From Myxococcota bacterium (GTDB lineage: Bacteria > Myxococcota_A > Polyangia > Nannocystales > Nannocystaceae): DNA of 64,000 nucleotides. The stretch is from NCBI GenBank assembly GCA_039194325.1, contig JBCCWC010000001.1, positions 128,001-192,000 on the forward strand, written 5' to 3'. Of the stretch, positions 1-10,097 are shown one piece after another. The notes below the pieces were generated by a model, which was given only the letters and a program-made list of their open reading frames with translations, did no database searches and was not told the DNA's origin. A program made the position numbers and the translations under genes. Positions within the stretch are counted from its first letter, which is position 1, and every line of letters begins with the position of its first letter.

Positions 1-2
1 TC

Positions 3-2132
3 GAGGTTCTGGCGGGTCTCACCCGCCCGTTGATTGAGCTCGATCTGCTGCCGCTTGAGCCCCTCGATCTCGGTGTCGATCCGCCCGATCTCCCGCCGCT
101 GGTCCACCACCGGCTGGATCTTGGTCTTGAGATCCGGCGTGAGCTCGGCCGAGGCCACCAAGGTCTCGAGCAGCCCGAGCGCCCGCCCGTCCCAGATGCT
201 GATCGTGGTCTGCGAGGGGGTCTGCTCCACCACCTCCCGGCTGCCTTCGGTGCGCCCCTTGGCCACGGTCACCGGGATGAGATACGCGTCGGGGAGCACC
301 TCGGTGTCCTTGGGTGGATCGACCAGCTCGTAGTTCCAGCCCGCCTTGTTGTGGCGCACGAGCACCCGGTAGGACTGCTCGGCCTTCTTGCCCTTGACCG
401 ACCAGGTGGTGGTGGTGCGCGAGAAGCTCTCCACCTCGAGCACCCCTCGGGAGATCCGCAATAGCTGCATCTGCCCCCCGGTGTACTTGGCCTTGGAGCT
501 GACCAGGATGCTGGGCTCCACGGCAAAGGGAATGGTGGCGCTGGTCCCCGTGCTCACCGCCTCGCTGAGCCCCTCGCCGACGAAGCTGTTGCCGGTGTAG
601 ATGCTGATCGGGCCCGGCTCGAGCACGAAGGGGGTGCTGTTGACAAAGCGCACCACCCGGTAGGGGTTGGCGTCGTAGCCGATCCCGGCGCCCCCGGGCC
701 GATAGAGGAAGGTCTGCTCGGCGTCGACGTCTTGGTTGAGGATCGCGACCATGGTGGAGCTTCCGTTGGGCACGGTCACCGGCTCGTCGAGGTCGTAGCG
801 GGTCATGCCGCTGACCTGCTTGGCCCGCGCGTCGGCGAGGGTGCTGCGCCGCAGGGCGTCGAGATCGACGGCGCTTTGGGCCGTCTCCGACTGTGGGGCG
901 GCCGGCGCAGCCCCGCCTCCGCCCCGGCCGGTGCCCGACAGGCCCAGAGCTCCGTCCTTGTCGCGGCGGTTGCGTAGCTCAGCGTTCCCCTTGGCCTTCA
1001 CGCGGGCCTTCTTGCTGGATCTCTTGCTGCTCTTGGGGGAGGGGCGCGCCATGCCGCCCATGGGCGCGTCGCCGCCCATGTCCATCTCCATGTCCATGTC
1101 GTAGGCCTCCGCCATCAACTCTTCCTCGCCCTCGGCCAGCTGTGCGTCGTCGTCGAAATCGCCATAGGTGGTCTCGCCCATGGCCACCGTGGCTCGCTTG
1201 CGTACGCCGGCCTCGGTCAGATCGCTGCGGGGCACGGTCCGCGGAGTGTGCAGGTCGTAGCGAAACGCGATCGGCTCGCCGGAGGTCAAGCCCAGGGTCA
1301 CGTCGGTCCAGTCCTCGCCGCTGGTGTTGTCGACCACCGCCCAGCCCTGCAACAGCGCCGGACCCGGCCCGTCCTCGGGGAGCACCACCCGGTAGGTGGG
1401 CTTCCACATGGGGGCGGAGACCACGTAGCTAACCCGCACGTCGTGGCGCTTGGCGCCGATGAGCCGGATCGCCACCTCGACCTGCTGGAACATGCCCTCG
1501 CCCGAGCTGGCGTCGAGACGCCGATGTAGCTGCATCGCCAGGTCGCCGTCGTGGAGAGTGACGTCGCGGACCTTGGACAGCCGCACCACACGGAGATCGG
1601 AGCCGCGCATCAAGGTGACCTTGTAGTCGCGCTGGGACGGCCCTTGGCCGCCGCCGCCGCCGCTGCGCGGCCAGCTTCGCTCGTCGGGGTCGGGCTCGTC
1701 GACGATCCGCTCGACCAGCACCACGCGGCCACGCAATCGACCCAGCGTGGTGTGTAGGCTGACCTCGGTGCCGCGTAGACCATCGAGCAGCTCGGCGAGC
1801 CGACCGCGCCCGGGGGCCAGGGCCGAGAGGGCGGCGTTGGCCCAGGTCTCGGGATCGAGCGGCATCGACACGCTGACCGCCTGCCCGTCCTGGTCGACGA
1901 CCGTCAAGCTCTTGAGCAGATCGTTGATCTGATCGCGGCGCACGCGAATTCGTAGGATCGACTCGTCGACCTGCCCCTGGCGCTCGAAATAGCCGATCCC
2001 GTTCCGATAGAGGACAACTCGCTCCAGCTCGAGGGAGGTTCCCGTGGTCAGGGCGCTCCGACTCGCACAACCGACAGAACTAGCGGAACCGAGGGCGAGC
2101 GCGGCGATGCAGACGATCTGAAGAGTACGCAT
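3..2132 (-). CDS. DUF4139-family lipoprotein (partial, runs off the left edge)
   Basis: Manual translation from ATG 2132: MRTLQIVCIAALALGSASSVGCASRS...LERVVLYRNGIGYFER. Signal peptide with Cys plus the DUF4140/4139-type N-terminal motif. No stop inside the window, so absent from the ORF track. Confidence 0.75.
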   Translation of the reverse strand, partial: MRTLQIVCIAALALGSASSVGCASRSALTTGTSLELERVVLYRNGIGYFERQGQVDESILRIRVRRDQINDLLKSLTVVDQDGQAVSVSMPLDPETWANAALSALAPGRGRLAELLDGLRGTEVSLHTTLGRLRGRVVLVERIVDEPDPDERSWPRSGGGGGQGPSQRDYKVTLMRGSDLRVVRLSKVRDVTLHDGDLAMQLHRRLDASSGEGMFQQVEVAIRLIGAKRHDVRVSYVVSAPMWKPTYRVVLPEDGPGPALLQGWAVVDNTSGEDWTDVTLGLTSGEPIAFRYDLHTPRTVPRSDLTEAGVRKRATVAMGETTYGDFDDDAQLAEGEEELMAEAYDMDMEMDMGGDAPMGGMARPSPKSSKRSSKKARVKAKGNAELRNRRDKDGALGLSGTGRGGGGAAPAAPQSETAQSAVDLDALRRSTLADARAKQVSGMTRYDLDEPVTVPNGSSTMVAILNQDVDAEQTFLYRPGGAGIGYDANPYRVVRFVNSTPFVLEPGPISIYTGNSFVGEGLSEAVSTGTSATIPFAVEPSILVSSKAKYTGGQMQLLRISRGVLEVESFSRTTTTWSVKGKKAEQSYRVLVRHNKAGWNYELVDPPKDTEVLPDAYLIPVTVAKGRTEGSREVVEQTPSQTTISIWDGRALGLLETLVASAELTPDLKTKIQPVVDQRREIGRIDTEIEGLKRQQIELNQRAGETRQNL

Positions 2133-2286
2133 GACAACGACTGGGCCGGACTGTAACCGCCCCGACAGATCTACGCACCAGGGTGCACGCAAGGGTCTAG
2201 GATCGCGCAACCGATTCATCACGGGACGCATCGACCCCGTGGTTTCTTGCCGCCCTTGGGCGCGATGGATGTCATCCTGAGGGTCG

Positions 2287-3936
2287 ATGTGGCGCTCGGT
2301 GGGATCGATCCTGACCGGATTGACAGTCGCGTGCTCGGCCTCGGTCGATCAGGAATTGGCGACCTTCGGTCAGGCAACCGCGGGCGCGTCGACCAACCCC
2401 GGCATTCGCGACACCGACTCGGGGGACGACGCGAGCACCGGCCGCGACCCGAGCGACGCTGCGGACACCGGTGGCTCGGACTCCACCGAGCCGCCGGAGC
2501 CCGACCCCGAGGTGTACTTCGACGTAGGCACCCAACCCGACGGCGGAGGCGGCACGAGCGGCCCGATCATCCCCGAGCATTGCGGCCAGGCGGCGGCCGC
2601 CGAGACCACGGTGGGCTGCCAGTTCTTCGCGGTCGATCTCGACCAAGCCGGGGGGATCGGCTCGGGCACCGAGACCGATCAGTACGCGGTGGGGATCTCC
2701 AACGTACAGAATGCCCAGAGCGCTCGGGTCATCGTAGAGCGCAAGGCCAACGGCGCGTGGCAGTCGATGGCGGGCCCGGTGACCATCGAGCCCCTCGCGC
2801 TGCACACCTTCGAGCTCCCCGATCTTCATCAAGACGGCAGCGGGATCCACTCGGGCGGGGCCTATCGGATCACCTCGGACGTCCCGGTCATCGCCTACCA
2901 GTTCAGCCCCCTGGTCGCGGCGGCCGCCAGCTCCGACGCCTCCATGCTCTACCCGGTCACCAGCTGGGACACCATCGGGCACGTCGTGCAGTGGCCCACC
3001 GGCGTAGGAGAACCCTACGTGACCATCGCCGCCGCGTTCGACGGCACCCATGTCCAGGTCACCCCCAGCGTCCCCACCGCGGCCGGACCGGGGGTCTCCT
3101 CCGGCAGCCCGTCGAACCCGATCACCCTCGAGCTCGACGAGGGCGACGTGGCCGAGATCATGGTGGCCGTGGGCGGCCTCGACATCTCGGGCACGGTGGT
3201 CACCAGCAACGCCGGCCACCCGGTCGCCGTGTTCGCGGGCCACGAGTGCGCCAACATCCCCAACGCCATCATCGCCTGCGACCACGTAGAGGAGCAGCTC
3301 TCCGGTCTGCGGCTTTGGGGCACCACCTTCCTCGCGAGCCGGGTGCCACCCCGGCAGGATCCGCCCGAGCCCTCCGCGTGGCAGATCTACGCCAGCGAGG
3401 ACGACACGGTGGTCGAGATCACCGCGCCCCCCGGAGTGACCGGGCTCCCAGCCACGCCCGCGGTCCTCCAGCGCGGCGAGAAGCTCGAGTTCTTGGCCGG
3501 AGGTAGCACCGACGAGCCGGGCGATTTCTTGGTGCACACCAGTCGCCCTGCGGCGGTGGTCAACTACGTCACCGGCTGGGGCAACCTCGAGGGCAGCACC
3601 CAGGGCGATCCGGCCATGGTCCAGCTCTCACCCGTCGAGCAGTTCTTGCCCCGCTACGTCGTGCTGGTGCCCAGCGAGTGGCCCGAGGACTACCTGGTGC
3701 TCACCCGCCCCGAGGGCTCGCCCATCACGCTCGACGACGAGCTCGTTCCCGACGAGGCGTTCGTCCCCGCCGCCGGCGGCTACGAGGTCGCGCGCGTGCC
3801 GGTGGACGACGGCGTGCACAGCCTCGACGGCATCGATCCCTTCTCGGTGGTGGTGGTGGGCTACGGCCTCGCCAACAGCTACGCCTACCTGGGCGGAGCG
3901 TCCACGGGGCAGATCAACCCCAACCCGGCCGGTTGA
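2287..3936 (+). CDS. IgGFc-binding-domain lipoprotein
   Basis: Lipobox (LTVAC), Ser/Thr/Asp-rich linker, motifs GCQFFAVDLD, AYQFSPL, SSDASMLYP, CDHVEEQL, SYAYLGG. Confidence 0.8.
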   Translation: MWRSVGSILTGLTVACSASVDQELATFGQATAGASTNPGIRDTDSGDDASTGRDPSDAADTGGSDSTEPPEPDPEVYFDVGTQPDGGGGTSGPIIPEHCGQAAAAETTVGCQFFAVDLDQAGGIGSGTETDQYAVGISNVQNAQSARVIVERKANGAWQSMAGPVTIEPLALHTFELPDLHQDGSGIHSGGAYRITSDVPVIAYQFSPLVAAAASSDASMLYPVTSWDTIGHVVQWPTGVGEPYVTIAAAFDGTHVQVTPSVPTAAGPGVSSGSPSNPITLELDEGDVAEIMVAVGGLDISGTVVTSNAGHPVAVFAGHECANIPNAIIACDHVEEQLSGLRLWGTTFLASRVPPRQDPPEPSAWQIYASEDDTVVEITAPPGVTGLPATPAVLQRGEKLEFLAGGSTDEPGDFLVHTSRPAAVVNYVTGWGNLEGSTQGDPAMVQLSPVEQFLPRYVVLVPSEWPEDYLVLTRPEGSPITLDDELVPDEAFVPAAGGYEVARVPVDDGVHSLDGIDPFSVVVVGYGLANSYAYLGGASTGQINPNPAG

Positions 3937-4010
3937 GCCAGAAAAGCCGGGGTTTTCTCAGGAGCGCTTGTGCGACGGATGGCGGCTCGGCTGGGGCTAC
4001 CATCACCGCG

Positions 4011-4811
4011 ATGCACAGTACCTTTCGACCCGATCTCCTCGACGGTCAGGTGGCCCTGGTCACCGGCGGTGGCTCTGGAATCTGCAAGGGCATCGCGGCC
4101 GCGTTCGTGGCCCACGGCGCCAAGGTGGGCCTGGTCGGTCGCAAGGCCGACCGCCTGCAAGCGGCCGCGGCCGAGATGAACGAGGCGGGCCCCGGCCAGG
4201 CCTGGGCCCTACCCGGGGACGTGCGCGACTACGCGGCCATGCAAGGCGTGATCGATGACCTCATCGAGCGCGCCGGAGGCCTACAGATCGTGGTCAACGG
4301 CGCGGCCGGCAATTTCTTGTGCCCGGCGGCCCAGCTATCGAGCAACGGCTTCCGCACCGTCCTCGACATCGACGCGGTGGGCACGTTCAACGTCTCGCGC
4401 GCCGCCTACGAGCGGGCCCTCCATGCCGGCGGGTGCATCATCAACATCTCGGCCACCCTCCACTACGGCGCCACGATGCTCCAGGTGCACGCCTCCTCCG
4501 CGAAAGCCGCGGTCGACGCGACCACCCGAACCCTGGCCCTCGAGTGGGGGCCCGCGGGGGTCCGCGTCAACGGGATCGCCCCGGGACCTGTCGGCGAGAC
4601 CGAGGGGATCGCCCGGCTGCTTCCGGCCGAGCACGTCAAGCGGGTGACCGCGACGATCCCCCTGCGCCGATTCGGGAAGATCGACGAGATCGCCGACGTG
4701 GCCCTGTTCCTGGCCTCACCCGCCGCCTCCCTCGTGACAGGCGCCGTGATCGTGGCCGATGGCGGCGCCTGCCTGCCCGGCGCCGTGGGGTTCAGCCCGG
4801 GCCCGACGTAG
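4011..4811 (+). CDS. SDR oxidoreductase, 2,4-dienoyl-CoA reductase-like
   Basis: TGGGSGI Rossmann motif, NGAAGNFLCPA, HASSAKAAVD. The start is ATG 4011, not the ORF-track 3678. Confidence 0.85.
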   Translation: MHSTFRPDLLDGQVALVTGGGSGICKGIAAAFVAHGAKVGLVGRKADRLQAAAAEMNEAGPGQAWALPGDVRDYAAMQGVIDDLIERAGGLQIVVNGAAGNFLCPAAQLSSNGFRTVLDIDAVGTFNVSRAAYERALHAGGCIINISATLHYGATMLQVHASSAKAAVDATTRTLALEWGPAGVRVNGIAPGPVGETEGIARLLPAEHVKRVTATIPLRRFGKIDEIADVALFLASPAASLVTGAVIVADGGACLPGAVGFSPGPT

Positions 4812-4961
4812 CGAAGCCGGGCGGCCCGAACCCGGCCGGCCTCAAGCCCGCCCGAGCGGAAGCGTATCGCGTCCCGTCCGCGCCCGACCCATCGGATCCA
4901 AAACCGCCGAATTCGGACACGAAGAGTACTCTAGCAGCCAAAGTGGACCCAAATGTTCCAT

Positions 4962-5213
4962 CTAGCCGTCGTCCCTCTTTCGATACGGTCGAACCAACGC
5001 GACCGGATCCACATCCAACGCGGTCGCCAGTCGGGATAGGATGTCCGTTGTAGGCGCTCGACGTCCGGCCAACACCTCCCACAGATGCGCTCGGCTCACC
5101 TCGGCCCGATCGGCCAGGCGACTGAGGGGAAGATTGCGACGCTTGGCGATCTCTCGGATGCGCGACGCAATGCGTGCGCGTAGTGCCTCGGGATCGACCG
5201 CGTCCACGGCCAT
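4962..5213 (-). CDS. XRE-family HTH transcriptional regulator
   Basis: LSRLADRAEVSRAHLWEVLAGRRAPTTDILSRLATALDV HTH_3 pattern; ATG 5213. Confidence 0.8.
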   Translation of the reverse strand: MAVDAVDPEALRARIASRIREIAKRRNLPLSRLADRAEVSRAHLWEVLAGRRAPTTDILSRLATALDVDPVALVRPYRKRDDG

Positions 5214-5241
5214 GTCCGACCGTATCTCACCGTTCAAACCT

Positions 5242-5280
5242 CACCCGTATAATGGGCACCTGTTCTCCATCATAAGGGTG
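5242..5280. promoter_or_regulatory. Inverted repeat, candidate operator containing a TATAAT -10 box
   Basis: CACCCGTATAATGG-N11-CCATCATAAGGGTG (12/14 match) between two divergent HTH genes; TATAAT at 5248-5253. Confidence 0.5.
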
Positions 5281-5315
5281 GGGTAAAGATCTGGTCAGGG
5301 ATCATCCTACCTCGC

Positions 5316-5732
5316 ATGGCACGTCGCCCACTATCGCTCCCCCCATCTCCTCCTCCACGCTGCGACGTCTCCCTCTCCGAGCTCACCGCCGCCCTTGCCG
5401 AGCGACTGCCCCTGCCGTCACGCGTGCTGTCTCAGGCCCAGACTATCGCCGAGAACGTTGATCGCCTTCCCCCGGTGGCCACGGAGCTGGACGTGGAAGG
5501 TTGGCTGTCGTGGGTGCTGTGTGGACTACCGTTGTTTACCCACAGCGACCTCCCCACACTACGCAGCACCAATGATCGAGTGCGATTGCTGCTGGCCGTG
5601 CTCGCGATGGCCCGCAATCAGGGCAACTTCACCCACGCCGCCGAGCAGCTCCAGACCTCGCGCCGCCTGATCCGCGACAGCCTCGACGAGGCCGGCCTCT
5701 ACCCCTGGCGCGGCCTCGTACGCGGAGGATGA
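5316..5732 (+). CDS. Hypothetical protein with C-terminal Fis-type HTH
   Basis: AMARNQGNFTHAAEQLQTSRRLIRDSL resembles HTH_8. Confidence 0.65.
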   Translation: MARRPLSLPPSPPPRCDVSLSELTAALAERLPLPSRVLSQAQTIAENVDRLPPVATELDVEGWLSWVLCGLPLFTHSDLPTLRSTNDRVRLLLAVLAMARNQGNFTHAAEQLQTSRRLIRDSLDEAGLYPWRGLVRGG

Positions 5733-5735
5733 GCG

Positions 5736-5774
5736 CCGAGCGATTCCGCTCGGTAAGCGGCTCGCGAGCCGCTT
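5736..5774. terminator. Tandem hairpins, probable bidirectional terminator
   Basis: CCGAGCG-ATTC-CGCTCGG followed by the perfect 20-bp palindrome AAGCGGCTCGCGAGCCGCTT, between convergent ORFs. Confidence 0.45.
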
Positions 5775-6002
5775 CGTTCACGTCAGACGTCCCCGTTCAA
5801 AGGGCGCCCCGACGATGACCCGTCGCTGCGACGACGAGGATCCGCTGACGCGCGAGCCGGGTCGGGGCTCGTCGCCGACGAGCGCCCAACGTAGCGACCC
5901 CGCGATGGCCTCGGGGGCACATCGCGGGGTCGGCAGTAGGACGGTTCGGTTCGTTCAGTCGTGAGCATGAAGGTCCCGCACGGGACCCGACACGGGCTCC
6001 GC

Positions 6003-6164
6003 TCAGGCGTGAGGTCCGAGCACGCGCCGCGTCTGCGCGGGCAAGAAGCGCGGCTTCGGCGAGCGCCGGTCCTTGCGGATGCGAAGCTCGTCGATCAGCG
6101 CCGCGCCTCCGGAGGCCACGACCAGGATCAACATCGCGTACGTCAAGATGGTGAAGATGCTCAT
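6003..6164 (-). CDS. Small single-pass membrane protein (53 aa)
   Basis: MSIFTILTYAMLILVVASGGAALIDELRIRKDRRSPKPRFLPAQTRRVLGPHA; AAGGAG RBS 7 nt upstream; below the ORF-track cutoff. Confidence 0.55.
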   Translation of the reverse strand: MSIFTILTYAMLILVVASGGAALIDELRIRKDRRSPKPRFLPAQTRRVLGPHA

Positions 6165-6450
6165 GATCATTCTCCTTCCCGTTCGGGGAGGGGTGCTCGC
6201 CCGTATGCGACGACCGTGCCAACGCTCATCCCTACCCGAACGCCCGAATTCCCGTGATTTGAGGCGGGACTACGCTCACTGGCTACTGTCGTGGCCAGCC
6301 CTGGCACGCGTTTGTCACGTAGGTGGCTACGACCGTGGCCGATTCGAATCTCGATGTTGGCTTTGAGTGGCGCCTGTTGTAGCCACCACGATCAATGGGC
6401 GTCGTCGCGCACGCCACTATCATTGGGTCGGAGGTCCTCACCCCGTGCCG

Positions 6451-7326
6451 ATGAAGCCCGGACAACGCTACGGTCGCTTCGAGATCCTCGAGCATCTCGG
6501 CTCGGGCAGCTTCGGCCACGTCTACAAGGTTGCCGCGCCGCGTTTTGCCGAGCCGGTGGCGCTCAAGCTCTCGCTGGCCCCGGTCACCGAGACAGACGCC
6601 GCCCAGCGAGCCTTGCGTGAGGTGGCGGTCCTACGGACGCTCACCAACCCTCACTCGGTCCGCATCTACGACTGCGGGCTGCGTCGTGACGGCCACATCT
6701 ACATCTTAATGGAGCTACTCGACGGGCGGCCGCTGGATCGCTGGCACGACTTCGATCACCTGCTCGATCCCGCGTGGGCGTGCCACGTGATCCACCAGTG
6801 CTGCCTGGGGCTGATGGAGGCCCACGATCGTGGGATCGTGCACCGCGACCTCAAGCCGGCCAACGTATTCATCGACAAGGAGGTCCGCGCCCGCGTGCTG
6901 GACTTCGGCCTTGCCCGATCGTGGGACGGCAGCTCGGTGATCGGCTATGACGCCACCGGCAGCCACATGCTCGTGGGCACCGCCCACTATGCGCAGCCCG
7001 AGCAGATGCGCACCATGGCACTGACCCCGGCCGCCGACATCTACAGCCTGGGCATGATCCTCTACGAGCTGATCACCGGGCGCACGCCCTTCGTCGCCGA
7101 CCGACCCGTGAGCGGCGTGGTCGAGGATTGGAAGCGGACCCCAATAGCGTGGATGCAGGCGCACACCGGGGCCGAGGTGGTGCCTCCGTCCCGGTACCTG
7201 CCGGTGGGTCAGGATCTCGACCGGCTCGAGGCGGTGATCGTGCGGGCGCTCCAAAAGGATCCCGAGCGACGACCCCGCAACGCCCGCGAGCTGGCCGTGT
7301 TGGTCGAGCAGGCGTGGCCTGACTAA
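6451..7326 (+). CDS. Ser/Thr protein kinase
   Basis: LGSGSFGHVY, VALK, HRDLKPAN, DFG, DIYSLG. Confidence 0.92.
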   Translation: MKPGQRYGRFEILEHLGSGSFGHVYKVAAPRFAEPVALKLSLAPVTETDAAQRALREVAVLRTLTNPHSVRIYDCGLRRDGHIYILMELLDGRPLDRWHDFDHLLDPAWACHVIHQCCLGLMEAHDRGIVHRDLKPANVFIDKEVRARVLDFGLARSWDGSSVIGYDATGSHMLVGTAHYAQPEQMRTMALTPAADIYSLGMILYELITGRTPFVADRPVSGVVEDWKRTPIAWMQAHTGAEVVPPSRYLPVGQDLDRLEAVIVRALQKDPERRPRNARELAVLVEQAWPD

Positions 7327-7485
7327 TTGAACTGGGCTGAAATCCAAAGCGCCCTGGTCTAAACAAGATTGAAGCTATACTTATAGGAGCTCGTCGCTCA
7401 CGAGAGGAACGAATGACACAAGAGGTCAACGAGCTATTCGTGTTCAGACGAAGAAGGCAGCGCCTAGCCGCCACCCACGCGTGGG

Positions 7486-8415
7486 TCAGCCATGCGCGAT
7501 CTCCAGCTGCGGGATCCCCAGCCGGATCTGGTCCGCTCCCCGGCGCCGCTCGATGAGTCGAGCCACGTCGAGCACCCCCGCGTCGGCGAATTGTCGGCGG
7601 GCGCGATGGATCCACAGGTTGAGCCGCTTGCGGTCGACCTGCAGGCGCTGGACAAGGTCGTCCAGGTAGACCCACCCGTGTTCCGAGTCGTGCAGCCCAG
7701 GCTGCTCGTGGTCGGTGATGCGGGCCCGGGCCAGGGTCAGCAGGAAGAAATCGTGAGCGCGGGCCTTGAGGGGGATCACCCGCGATCCCTGACGGACCCC
7801 GATCGCCACGTGCTCCTCGTCGCGGCTGACCTGGAAGTTCAGGCCAATGAGGGTGACGCTCATCCTCACGTCGCGCAGCTTCTCGGTGGCCTTGACCTCG
7901 CCGGGCAGGTTGATGCACCACTGGCGGCCGTCCACCACGAGCGTTTGCTGATCGACGACCGCCGCGAGGCTCTCCTCGGTCTCGAGCAGCCAACCTCCCT
8001 CGGCCGACTCCAACAGCGTGAACTTCGGGTTGTCCTCGGAGGGCAGGCACAAGAGCCCACGCTCGGCGCGCTGCATGCTCCCGTCGGAGCTGGTGATCAC
8101 CAGCTGCGGAGGGGACGCGTCGATCACGTCGAAGCTGTTCTCGGGGGCGCCGAACTGGATCTGTGCCCCGTACAGCAGAGCTCGGCGTTCTTTGGGGGCC
8201 AGGGCTTGGCCGTCTAGCGTGGTCCCGTTGCTGCTGCCCAAGTCGCGCACCGTCCATCGCTCCCCGTTCCAGGCGATCTCGGCGTGGATCCCCGAGACCT
8301 GGGCGCTGGATAGCTGCAGGTGGCAGGTGGTCAGGCGACCGACCAGCGTGCGAGTCGCCAGCGGGAACCGCTGCTTGGTGAAGGTGTTCTTGAGCGTCGC
8401 CATGGACAAGCGCAT
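7486..8415 (-). CDS. FHA-domain protein
   Basis: GR...VSGIHAEI...DLGSSNGT FHA motif; possible DNA-binding C-terminus. Confidence 0.85.
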   Translation of the reverse strand: MRLSMATLKNTFTKQRFPLATRTLVGRLTTCHLQLSSAQVSGIHAEIAWNGERWTVRDLGSSNGTTLDGQALAPKERRALLYGAQIQFGAPENSFDVIDASPPQLVITSSDGSMQRAERGLLCLPSEDNPKFTLLESAEGGWLLETEESLAAVVDQQTLVVDGRQWCINLPGEVKATEKLRDVRMSVTLIGLNFQVSRDEEHVAIGVRQGSRVIPLKARAHDFFLLTLARARITDHEQPGLHDSEHGWVYLDDLVQRLQVDRKRLNLWIHRARRQFADAGVLDVARLIERRRGADQIRLGIPQLEIAHG

Positions 8416-8519
8416 CGATGCTATCGCACCTTGCGCACCGCTCGGTGAACGCGTGGTGTAGTGCCGTATTCAACGCGGCACTACTTTGCGGCATCGAGTA
8501 CGAGTGACCAGCTCCGCGA

Positions 8520-9509
8520 TCAGTCACAGCCGATCGGCGCGGTAGCGATCACTACGTCGTCGACAGACAGCTCCACCGGACCCACCGCCTGGGGCGGCAG
8601 CAGCACCCCGATCCCAACCCGCCCGAAGCCCTCCGCCGGACGCGTATCCCCGGGCTCCTCGGCCAGCACCACCTCGCCGTCCACCCGAACCTCGGCCGTC
8701 CCCTCGACATCGTCGATCGTGACGCGGAGCTCCACGCAGTGCCACTGCCCCGAGGTCACCAGGCCTCCGCCCACCTCGGTGAGGCTGCCGACCTTGTTGA
8801 CCACCATCAGGCCGCCCTCGGACCGAAGGTCGAGTGACATCCGCATGTCCGGGTGCGAGGGGATCTGCATCAGCTCGTGGTGGATCCCCCATGGATCCAC
8901 GGTGCTGATATCGTCGACTCGCACGTAGCTGCGGACCGCCAGCATCCCTTCCACCAGGGGTTCGTCGAGCCCGAAGCGCAGCATCGATCCCTCGCCTGGC
9001 AGCGCGCTCACCCGCGCCGAGATCGCGCCCTGGCTGGCTTGGCTCGCGTCGGTGACCACGGTGACGCTGGTCCATTGCGGCGAGATCCCCTGCTCGAAGC
9101 CGTCGCAGATGAGGACCCCCTCGTAGCGCTCCTCGCAGGGGGTGCCGATCGACGTGCAGCCCCCCAGCGTGCACGTGAGCCCCGGCTCGCACAGCTCGTC
9201 GTGGAACTCGAAGACACAGCGATCGTCCTCGCAGCGGACCTCCTCACAGTCGAAGCTCGAAACGCACTCTTCCACTGTCTCGCACGACGAGCCGTCGAAG
9301 CCCTCCGGGGGTTGCTCGCCCTCGGTCTCGCCCTCGGTCTCGGTCTCGGTGACCGAGCCGTTGCCCCCCGCCGTGGTGCCCTCAGCCGACCCTCCCTCGC
9401 CCGTCGCGGACCCGCTCCCGCCCGAGTACGCCCCCACGCTCAGCGCCTCGGGGGCCAAGCATCCCATCAGCAAGAATGCCGCCGCGCCCCCTAGCTGTCG
9501 GATCCGCAC
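8520..9509 (-). CDS. Lipoprotein with Cys-rich segment and beta-sandwich-like C-terminus
   Basis: LLMGC lipobox, low-complexity linker, Cys-rich repeat, WHCVELRV motif. Confidence 0.65.
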   Translation of the reverse strand: MRIRQLGGAAAFLLMGCLAPEALSVGAYSGGSGSATGEGGSAEGTTAGGNGSVTETETEGETEGEQPPEGFDGSSCETVEECVSSFDCEEVRCEDDRCVFEFHDELCEPGLTCTLGGCTSIGTPCEERYEGVLICDGFEQGISPQWTSVTVVTDASQASQGAISARVSALPGEGSMLRFGLDEPLVEGMLAVRSYVRVDDISTVDPWGIHHELMQIPSHPDMRMSLDLRSEGGLMVVNKVGSLTEVGGGLVTSGQWHCVELRVTIDDVEGTAEVRVDGEVVLAEEPGDTRPAEGFGRVGIGVLLPPQAVGPVELSVDDVVIATAPIGCD

Positions 9510-9664
9510 CGGTGATCGATCCTATACCACGGGCACGGAGGCTCAGCGCAGGTGCGATCACGCTACACCCCGGACCGGTCATGTGTCATTTGGCCCCATG
9601 CAGGCCGGTCCGCCGGGGGCCACGGGCACGTTCGCGCATCGGACACTGCTACCATCACTGGCCG

Positions 9665-10060
9665 ATGCTTCCCCTGGAAGAACTCGAGGGTCGTTACGAC
9701 GCCCTCCGTGATCGCGACCGCACGATCGCCTCGCTGCAAAGCAAACAACGAATGATCAACACCTTCGAGCACTTGCTCGACAGTGATGCGCGTACACAGA
9801 TCGAAGCTCAGCTACGCGACGCACTCGATCATGTTCGCACGCTCGCCCGGACCCTCGCCCTGGAGCTGGCCCGCACGGTGTTCGTGGAGCTGGCCATTGA
9901 CGACCTGGCCCGGATCACTACCCAGCTGCGTCAGTTCGAGCATTACCTCGATCAGGAGCCTTCCAACCGGCTCGAGGCGTGTGGCGATCTGCTCACTTTC
10001 CTGCGCGAGCTCCGAGAGACCGATGCCCCGATCCGGCCGCGACCGCGGCTTTCGGAGTGA
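9665..10060 (+). CDS. Hypothetical helical protein
   Basis: MLPLEELEGRYDALRD...; protein-like composition. Confidence 0.55.
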   Translation: MLPLEELEGRYDALRDRDRTIASLQSKQRMINTFEHLLDSDARTQIEAQLRDALDHVRTLARTLALELARTVFVELAIDDLARITTQLRQFEHYLDQEPSNRLEACGDLLTFLRELRETDAPIRPRPRLSE

Positions 10061-10097
10061 TCGCGCGCCGACGGGATGACCTCCGATCGGCGTCTTC

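Noticed and set aside
5783..5968. 61-aa minus-strand ORF
   Set aside because: Low-complexity Arg/Pro/Ser composition typical of spurious high-GC ORFs; cannot be supported.
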